Positions 54,352 to 64,000 of a stretch of DNA of 64,000 nt are shown here, one piece after another. The DNA comes from Octopus vulgaris (lineage: Eukaryota). The stretch covers positions 3,534,001 to 3,598,000 of the forward strand of contig OX597825.1 of assembly GCA_951406725.2 (NCBI GenBank). The letters are read 5' to 3'. The notes under the pieces are model-generated. The model was not told the DNA's origin and made no database searches. It saw only the letters and a list, made by a program, of their open reading frames with translations. How positions within the stretch are numbered: position 1 is the first letter of the stretch; the number at the start of each line of letters is the position of its first letter. Position numbers and translations under genes: made by a program.

Positions 54352-56129
54352 TTATTCTGTCCTGTCTTTTTGAAATATTAATTCAAGTAATTCTAGTAAT
54401 ATGTCAATAGAGTTAAGCTTACCCATGAGAATTTATAAAGAAATCAAGTTGTGCAGAAAATATATATAAAGTAAAAAATATCCTAGAATTATGTCTAACA
54501 TAATTTAGAACAGCTGATGTCTAAGGAAACTTTGAATAAGTGAAGCTTTCAATTACTTATATATAAAAATTTGAGACGTAGAACATAAATGCTGTATAAA
54601 TAGCTGATCACGTAATATATACAGCATATATACGCACACATGATGGGACATAATGAGACAGGGTTATATGCGAATCATTTATAGCTGGCTTTTATTTCAT
54701 TTTTTATTGTTTTTGACTTTTACTGTGAATCCTCTTAAGGTTGTGGTAGTGCTGTATGTAAATATGAATTGGAAAAAATCAAATATTTCAATTTGAATAG
54801 AAGATAGAAAGACGTTTCCACAGTCAAACAGCTGCAGTTAGCTTGAAGTATCGAGTTCTTTTAGCAGCACACTCAATGAGAAAGAAAAAAAAGAAAACAC
54901 TACTGGAAGGAAAAAATGTAATGACACTCTTGGAATGTATTTCTGTAATGTGCGCTTGCTCGTCATAAATTGCATATGTCATCCATTCCACGCTTCATTG
55001 TAGACAAAATGGATTATCGTACGGAACTTTATGAAACGAGAGCAAAGAAATAGGAAAATTTGGATATAAGTAGAAGAAAGAGACATAGTTATGATGTACA
55101 CATCTGTTCTCACATATTATCATTGTTTAATTTGTTTTATATACAGTTCAGCGTGTTGATTGATTGATGTTTACAGGGTACATTTTCATTATTCTTCACG
55201 GAATACTCTATGCAATTCGTTCTCTCTATATATCTCTTTCATCTTTTCGATGTGTCCTTTGACAAAAACAGGAACCGCGTGTATAAGACATTAGAAGTGT
55301 AAGTAAAAATCCGCAATTTATGATATCAATTCATGTGTTATGGGTTATTTTGTTCAAGTTATAACTGTGGGGATGTTATGCCATAGTATCTCTAATATAT
55401 AACTCTAATTCATTAGTTACCAAACCATACAAATTGATAGTATCCATCTCAATATATAGAATGTCTGATGAGACATAACGACCACGACGATAATTTGGAA
55501 CGCATATATAAATATGATATCAGCGTGATTTGCAAAACGCTTTAAAATATTTAGTTTACATTATTTAGAATTTCAAAGTGTGTCTACTTGCATCAAAATC
55601 TGCTTTTATCAAACAGATATGTGAAAATACAGAATTTAGTACAACGTCTCAGTTCAATACTTTATGACACAACACATATTTAAATAACATTTCTCAGTTC
55701 TTTCATGGCTTTGTGTTTATGCTGATGAATACTTTACTGTGAGTATCTCATATTTAGAAACCATTTAGGATTGTTTTTCTTTACTGTTTCAAAACTTAAG
55801 ATCGGTAGCCACATGCATTATTGATAGTATTTGATGTGATTATTCTGTTTTTAAAATGAATTCAGCGTGTACCAGTGTCTATAGGTAAGGTTGTCACTAT
55901 TTTCTTGATAATTTTTATGTAAGTACTGTCACTGATTAGTCATACTGTGACACCTCGTACCTACTAAAATATCATTATTGGAGGCTGGAAGTATTACTTT
56001 AGTCAAATGCAATGTACATAAATTTGGAAGCTACTCGAACAATTTCTGTGAACCAGGAAGTACTCACTTTGAAATCTTGTAGGAGACAAAATAAGGTAAA
56101 TGATTTAGTAAATAGCTTCCTAACATTTC

Positions 56130-56300
56130 TTTCTGTCTACCCAAGCCATGGCTTGAAGTATTTGGAGGAGCAGGTCGTGGATTACTTCGAACTCAGTACT
56201 CTAATGGTGCTGACTTTATCGACAAAGAGGGCATGGGGAGGAAAGTCTATATCTGCGAAGTTTGGTATCAGAACGTGATGTCAGAAGAAATGCCAGGAAG
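56130..56300 (-). mobile_element. Old diverged OR-like SINE
   Basis: Residual blocks ggattacttcgaactcagtact...tttatcgac...aaagtc...cagaacgt...gaaatgcc. Confidence 0.45.
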
Positions 56301-56640
56301 TATTACAAATGGGAGAGTAGAAATTGCCTTGTATTTTTTAAAAGAATGACAAAAATTACGTACGCTGTGCATTATTTACAAAGTGTGGTATTTGTATATG
56401 TTATGATGTATATATACACAAACACACACAAACACGCACATATGCACACACACACGGGCGCAAACCCACGCACACACACAAATATATGTATGTATATTCT
56501 CGGATAATTTGAGAAGCGATGACGTTACAGTTATATGTAAATAATAACTATATATTATAAGATTGAAGCTTATAGGCGATCGCCATGCATTGACTAAAGT
56601 CAGTAGTCTAACAGTTGGGCATAAAAGCTTTAAACTTATA

Positions 56641-56691
<51 letters not shown>

Positions 56692-56722
56692 AGATTATAT
56701 ATATATACACACACGTACAGAG

Positions 56723-56851
<129 letters not shown>

Positions 56852-57144
56852 TGTGTGTGTATAGATTATAATCGATTCTCTTGTAAACGACAAATGAGGG
56901 TGCAGTAAAATAAAGCCTTCAATATATTCTTAGCAGACGAATGTGACGCTTGAGGCCTGTAAGTTCCTTGCTAATCTATTGGCAATTAACACAAGTTAAG
57001 GACTCAGTTTTCTGATTATTTACCATGTGCTTTTTTGAGTGGACTGCTCTGCTTCGTGCCACCGCACATCAACATACTATTTCCATTTAGAGTAGCAACG
57101 TTTTGCCAGCGTGCGGCCATACTTTTACGAAGTTGATCCTGATG

Positions 57145-57228
<84 letters not shown>

Positions 57229-57319
57229 TATATACGTATACGCATGTATATGCTTGTGTGTGTGTAGACTCCTCACACGTATGCATGTTTTTAACATTGG
57301 CTTTTTATAATTATATGAC

Positions 57320-57460
57320 TACTGTGCCGGGGTTTAAATTTGTGCTCAAGGCCAGAAATGAGAGTGCAAGCTGATTACATCGACATCAGTGCTCAACTAA
57401 TACCTATTTTTATCGCTTCCGAATGAATGAAAAGCAATGGAAGCCTAGGTAGAATTTAAT
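57320..57460 (-). mobile_element. Old diverged OR-like SINE fragment
   Basis: gattacatcgacatcagtgctcaactaatacctatttttatcg...gaatgaaaagc aligns with the family core. Confidence 0.5.
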
Positions 57461-58809
57461 GGACATTAACTGTATTCGTAAGAGTACAAATATGTTATGA
57501 AATAGATTCTAGTTCAGTTACGGTAGATTATTCTCCTTTCGTAAATCAAGAGTTATTTGAAAATACATATCAAATATTTTGCAACGCGGTGTCATATTAC
57601 TTTATGCATTTGTGTACACGGAAAATAGTGACAATTTTATATCGTATACCGTATGTATTAATCAATCATTCAATTCAAAACTCGTTTTTATTGATCAAAC
57701 AAGAAGAATGTATGAAAAGAAGACAGTACATATCACCGTCTTTGAAAATGCTTCGCTTACCTTCTTTAGACATCAGGAATTCCATACCTGAACTTATGTT
57801 CAACATACATAGTATATTAAATGGATGATTGGCTAGTTCTTCGTTCTCTAGATTATGAGAATTATCGTATAACTAAATAATACTTCCACTGCAGTGTAAA
57901 TATCATATTGGATATTTCAAAATGTACATATTACGCGCTGATTATATTGAATCTACGGAAGCTACATATTTTGTTTGACATAATGGAGAGGAATAGATAA
58001 ATCAACATTATGTGTATCCGGTGTTAGAATTGTGTGACTATCGAGTTAGCGCATATTTTTCCGCATTATATTTGTACTATGAATCCATTAACGCCGTTCA
58101 GTTATATCAATTGTGTTGCAATGTTCTCTACAGTCGAATAAATTGACAAACACCCACGAGAGGCTTTGTTATTCTATAAACTATAAAGGTTTAATTTATA
58201 GCTTTGTAAAGCTACACGCAAATAACCTCGTTGAGATGAGAGTGTGTTAGTGAAAGATCTATTCCTTTAAGTACATAAGGGCCACAATCCTAGCATAGGT
58301 CCTATCTAGAATTGGTCTCTCATAAACGCTGCCCTACATGTCGCCCTCACTAACTGATTTTAGTTTCGACAACATCACGTCGGGGTCACCAGTTTTAACT
58401 TTGTTAAGCTATACTCAAATAAACTCGTGGAGAGGATAACGTGTAAATGAAAGAGTTATTCCTTTAAGTACCTCAGGGCGACAGCCACCAGTTATTTCTA
58501 CCTCTTCGTAACCCGCGCAACCGAAAGTCTACTTCGCTGATAAGATTTCCCCTGTTTCATTATCAAACGCCTGCTATTGGTTTGCCCCTTTAATTGTCAG
58601 CTTACATCTTGTTGTAAGATTTCCTTTGCCAAATCGCATTATATCGGTTCAAATAAATCTTGTTTTTTATGACTGTACACACTATGATTTCTTTCGACAC
58701 CCTTATCCCCTTTCCTAGCTGGCACTGCTCCTTGTTCTTTTGGCCTTAGTTAGAGAATTATTTGATAAACTAGTCTATAAATTAAAACTGACCCCATAAA
58801 ACAGTGACA

Positions 58810-60480
58810 AGCAAAATCTGCTGACATGCTTATTCCTTACAGTTCTGTTAATGAATAAGCATGTCTTGTTCTTAATAAAATTATAAGAGCTGATTGCATT
58901 AAGTGTACGATAGGTGTTGATGGCAAAATCTTAAAGACTTGTTACTCCCTCAATTTCAGTTTCTGGTTGTGGTTTGTGTTCAAGCAAATCTTCCCTGTGC
59001 TCTGCATTATATTGTTTGCATGTTATCCAGTGGATACAAAACCCAGCCCTATATTATCTGTATTTATAATCTGCTGGTGCTACGCGGTCAATAATTTCGG
59101 GTTGTGCATCACATCATCCAGCATTTCCTTGTCTGCTCCGTCTTTGAGAAAATTCTGCCTGGGAAATCTTAGTACAGGGTCTCTGGTCCTGGGTAGCATA
59201 AATAAAGCTTGTTTCAGTCTATTTCTCTATTTATCCAATTTCTGGATTCTTTTCATCATTGCTGCATTTATTTTCCCCTTTGGTTTCAAGTGTATTATGC
59301 TACATTTTGCTGTAAAATGTATTTACATGAGTTCCAATGCTTTTGTTTTGTTTCTATAACTATCTCCTTTTTTCATGTCGTCTAACTCTCAGTGCTTTGT
59401 CCTGGATGCATTGTTTTAGAGTATCCTACGCATTCAATAGATTCTCTTCGTGTTTGATCTGCTAACTTTCTTTTAACATTACTTGCTTTTCTCGTCTATA
59501 CATTCACACCAGTGGCTAACCATTCGATTATTGACATTTCACTTCGCAGGTTATTAATTTCTTTCTGCAGTTTTTCTGTCCATTTAAGCTGCTTATTATT
59601 ATGTATGTTTTTCTTTTTGTAACTTTCTGACCAATGTCGCAGCTTATAGATTTAGTAGCAGAATATACAAGGTTAGCAAAAGAGATTAGTTTGCTTTCAA
59701 ACTCTGCAAACATTTCTTTATTTGCAGCATTGCAAAGTTTTATACTTTTATCATTTTAATTTTATTCATATATTCATATATTGTTTTGTTCTTAAAATTA
59801 CGTACTTTGTCACTCTTTCATTCCGCTGTACATGGCTTTACGTAATTCTCGACAATGTATTCTTTAGTTTCTGAAATGCTTTATGCCTTGTCTTAGTTTC
59901 TCTTCTGTCTAATTACACCAGTTCTCTCCTTGACATTTTCTTCCGAAAAGTTAGGAAATGTTACTGTCGGTGTTCTGATATTGTCAGCTTCGATCGGTAT
60001 TTCTTGCTTTCAGTTATCGCACTCAGCTCTTAGATGTCCAAATTCAATAAATATCAATTTTCTTTCTTTTCAGGTTTATATACTACGTTTTTACTTGCAT
60101 CTACGTATGGTCGGCTGTTTTAGTAATCTAGTTTTCACCATTCTGTAACATTGGATTGGGTATTGTTTAATGCCTTAAAGAATGCCGTCATACACTTTGT
60201 ATATTCCTCAATAGACAATTCCTGGCTTGTTTTCTGATATCGATGGTTGCTTGTAAGTGTTTGTCCAACTGGTTCAGAGTTGGAGATTTCCAGCTTCTGA
60301 TGACCTGTTGGGGAGGGTACTCCAGTATCGTAAATTTCTATTCCAGCCTATCAATCACTGGAACAAGTGCTATTGTATACCACGTGATGGACGATGCAGT
60401 ATGACGTAAATGGTTTAGGCATTTTGCAACAATAAATTCTGTTTTATCCTTACTGGTATAGAGCACGTGTAGTAAACATA
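58810..60480 (-). mobile_element. Decayed R4/Dong-like retrotransposon lacking the RT domain
   Basis: N-terminal EEYTKCMTAFFKAL, NLVYSATKSI and LKQCIQDKALRVRRHEKR..KQN are joined near 59345 to C-terminal TETSFIYATQDQ..LKDGAD, HWITCKQYNAEH, EHKPQPETEIEGVT..DFAINT.RTLNA and NKTCLFI. Confidence 0.7.
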
Positions 60481-60519
60481 ACAGATTTGCTTAAAGAAGC
60501 TTAGTGAGGGTTGCCTGCT

Positions 60520-60520
60520 T

Positions 60521-60563
<43 letters not shown>

Positions 60564-60760
60564 CATTTCATTTCTCACAGATCTTGATTTCACCTACTCC
60601 ACCTAAAACGTGCAAGGACTAACAACAAACAGATGTCAATAATTTAGCCATGCTAAAATCCTCGCTGACCCCAAGAGAAGATGTCTGAACATAGTCCACC
60701 CAAATTTCAGTTTCTTCAGGAGATTTCTCAAACCTGGTTTTCAATGCTCCAAGTGATCCT
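60520..60760 (-). mobile_element. 3' end of a second R4/Dong-like element with (TAG)n tail
   Basis: VGSLGALKTRFEK...LLGSARIL matches the R4 C-terminus (VGALG...LLGTARIL); short UTR, then (AGT)n at 60520-60560. Confidence 0.6.
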
Positions 60761-60951
60761 ACAAGGCCTGAGATTTGGGGAGAAAGTCAATTAGATTGAC
60801 CCCAGAACGCAACTGATACTTAATTGATCGACTACGAAAGGATGAAAAACGAAGTCGACCTCGGTGGAAAGTGAATTCAGATCGTAAAGATAGACAAAAT
60901 ACCGCTAAGCATTTCGCCCGATGTGCTAACGACTCTGGCAGCTCACTGCCT
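60761..60951 (-). mobile_element. OR-like SINE, 4131-type tail variant
   Basis: acaaggcctgagatttgggg...gaaaggatgaaa..aagtcgacctcgg...accgctaagcatttcgcccg; abuts (TAA)n. Confidence 0.8.
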
Positions 60952-60952
60952 A

Positions 60953-61010
<58 letters not shown>

Positions 61011-61364
61011 TCATTACTATTTTTATCATTATCATCATTACAATCATTATCATCATACTATTTTTCAGTAAATTCTTGGAATATTTCGAGGTGAATTTAC
61101 GCGGACCTAACGTTTATAGTTACAAAGAAAAGAAAACGAAAGGAAGAAAAATAATCTCTTTCGGAATAATGCTGTAAAAGTCTTCTGGAGAGTATCGAAA
61201 CTACAACCAAATATTTCATTCTGATAGACTTCGTACTCGTTAGTTGGTACTTTAAATTGATTAATATTGATTTATTTCCTAAATAGTGATTCCTACCACT
61301 CCAATTAAGGAACTCTAATGGTGATATTCTTCGATTGTGATGCTGTAAGTGCAGCTACTATTGC

Positions 61365-61620
61365 CGATGGTGGTGATGATGATGATGATGATGGTGATGA
61401 TAGTGACGATAAAGATGATGTTGATGATGACGACAAGACGACGACGACGATGATGATGATGTTGATGATAATGATGATGATGATGATGTTGATGATAATG
61501 ATGATGATGATGATGATGTTGATGATGATGATGACGACGACAACGACGATGATGATGATGATGATGATGATGATGACGACGATGATGATGATGATGACAG
61601 CGACGGTGATTACCACGACG
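61365..61620. repeat. (GAT)n/(GAC)n microsatellite
   Basis: Directly visible; accounts for the poly-M/H/I/S ORFs. Confidence 0.95.
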
Positions 61621-64000
61621 AGGATAACTACTTCGATTGTGCTGTAAATGATTATTAAACTGGCAGTAATTAAATCTATCAGAAGTTTCTGAATCGCAAA
61701 TCACATGCCTAATAACTGTCGCTTCTGAAACGGTAATTGAAATACAGAGGTATTTTATCTGAGAGTGTGTTTAGTGAAATCGTGTGGGCTAAAGAGACAG
61801 TGTGTAGCGTGATAAAGTAAATTATATGCTGCTAATATGGTGTTAATGTTGTGTAGTTAGTTAATCCTCTAAATCAATGGCAACATAAATTTCTTAAGAT
61901 AAGTAGATGGTATTATATAGCCATTGTGCCCTTGGTTAGAAGAGGCAGGAAAAAGCTAATGAGCTAATCGGGAAGTAGTACCTGACGTGGACAGCTTACA
62001 TAAAAGTCATGTTTCGAAGACGGTAAAGTGGAATTGTAATGAGCAGAGATGAAGCTAATAGCTTCTGATCTGACCGTATTTAATGAACGTCATTCGAAAT
62101 TGCGTGTTCCCATGGTTTATGGAAATAAATTTACATGTCATCGAAGGGGGGATGTAATGAGGCTAGACGATTCAAGAGCAACTCTGCATTGGTAAAGGTT
62201 TTTGTTAGAAACGGGGTCTCGTTAACTTGTTCACACTCCCCGATATTAGAAAATTTGAATGAAGCTGTCCACATATTGGAAAAGATAGCATAAAATGTTT
62301 GAGGATGACATGTCTCAGTGCATGAAACAGGAAAGGGATTCTAGAACCGTAGGCTTGAATAATAATCATAGACTTCAATAAAAAGTATATTTAGCGGCCA
62401 TTTGGAGCTGCTAGTCCTGACAAGTGATTAAGCAAATTAACGAAAAAATATATTATCGAAACAAAAATATAGGAAACAAACCTCTTGATTTTGAATTAGA
62501 TTTATATGAACTCATCACTGACACCGAATGTTGATATCAATATTAATATAATTGGTAAATGTGTCTACAATAGTAGTTTGTCTCTCAGAAATATATGTCG
62601 ATTAACTTGTATAAGAAAGGCGAAATATAAGCCCAGTTTCATTTTTAAAAATCAGTACAAGAAGTGGCATATTTCGTATCTCCTCATTTTTCTAAGAGTC
62701 AGTAAACATCAGGAATTGATATCCATGTGTTGCAACTGAAAATAAACGCTACATAAATTATCAACGGAGCATTAAAATAACATTAACTAAATGCTTTTAC
62801 ACAATCTCTGTATGCAACAGAAATTTAACGAACAATAATAGCTAAAATTGGGTAAATAAGAATTTTAACTGAATACAAATTTAATGTGAATAATATTAAT
62901 CGAGGAATAACTGATTTAACGGAAAGCAAAGTAAATAATTACAATGAGAAAATATAAAATCATTATATGAAACGCAGCTTCAAATAAATCAATAGTAGAC
63001 ATAGAAGGTAACCTATTTAGAATTAGTGCGGAAAATATTTGCTTTGCTTTTATTAAATATGAATAAAATACATAACATTAAGCGACGTGGTAAGATGTTC
63101 GCTACTTTATAGAATACATTATCAAGCTAAAGCAAGATAATGTCGAAGTAATTAAAGAAAGAGACTGTTAGAGGAAACGTTTAATAGAGGTAAATCTGCA
63201 AAGGAGGATACAATGTAAATTGTATCCACAACAACTCCATCTTCGAAGTAATTAAACACATATGCATATTCATTTATATATCCACCCACACATGCAAACA
63301 CGCACACGCACACATATACATACATATATATATATACATTCGTACACATACAGATACATGCATATTTAGATTAACAAATATGTTGAACTTGGCTGTCCGA
63401 GTTAACAGTTGAAATTATAAAATATTCAACTTTAATTTTATACAATTAATTTAATGATTAACGTTGGATATTCTAACTCTGTACTCTTGTTTATATGCTT
63501 CTGGTGTATTCTTAACTCGGCTTCCATTTTTGTTTATTTGCTTTTCTCTAATATTAACTGCGTCAGCACATAGGATTACTGAGAGTTATTTATTATATTT
63601 TCTGTCTTATTTGATTAGGGGTTCATCTCCTCTCAACATGGAATGCATTTCATTCATGTAATGCACGTTCTGTGTGTTCCATACATTCGTAGCAGAACTA
63701 TTGTCTATTGTGTTTCATACTTTGTGTTTCTGTCTCTATTCATCGATAGGCTGTTGTAATAGTTTGTTTGAATGACCATCGTTATACAGCGTTTGCTTTA
63801 ATCAATCAATTGTATTTTTTCATCTTGTGTCTTTATTGTCAAAGTGAATCCAAGTGCATTCACAAGCAGAGTGTTTGCCGTTGACATTTCGAGATTATGG
63901 GGGAATTCTCAATCTCCCTCAAGGTATATGCGTTCGCGCATGTCTTTTGGGTAAACTGAAGCAATGTATCGATTTTAATGTAAATGCTTATGCTTAGAAA

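Noticed and set aside
54865-54968. Short frame ending LECISVMCACSS*, like a cystine-knot/IL-17 C-terminus
   Set aside because: No upstream cysteines or compatible exons found; runs through an A tract; likely chance.
61305-61704. Poly-His, poly-Met and poly-Asp ORFs suggesting a metal-binding or reflectin-like protein
   Set aside because: Pure (GAT)n microsatellite; no reflectin motif and no splice or start context.

Overview
AT-rich, microsatellite-saturated eukaryotic DNA. The SINE families, RTE LINE and mariner/maT remnants point to an octopus (cephalopod) genome; this is inferred from recognising the repeats, not from a search. Almost all listed ORFs are translations of (TA)n/(CA)n/trinucleotide repeats. 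Supportable content: (1) a young, 5'-truncated RTE LINE (45351-47872, -) with an exact 11-bp TSD and two 1-nt frameshifts; (2) decayed retroelements: a Penelope-like GIY-YIG element, R4/Dong-like and Hero-like restriction-like-endonuclease elements, and a CR1/L2-like 3' end; (3) decayed Tc1/mariner/maT DNA transposons; (4) at least three tRNA-derived SINE families; (5) several short elements in (TA)n tracts that carry type I hammerhead ribozyme motifs, two with an A6-to-U core variant; (6) a ~400-bp foldback. The only candidate host gene is a frame-consistent + strand chain of small exons (33555-39947) starting with a signal peptide. Possible decayed extracellular-protein exons lie at 3.2-6.5 kb. 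All protein-family calls come from manual translation and motif recognition.
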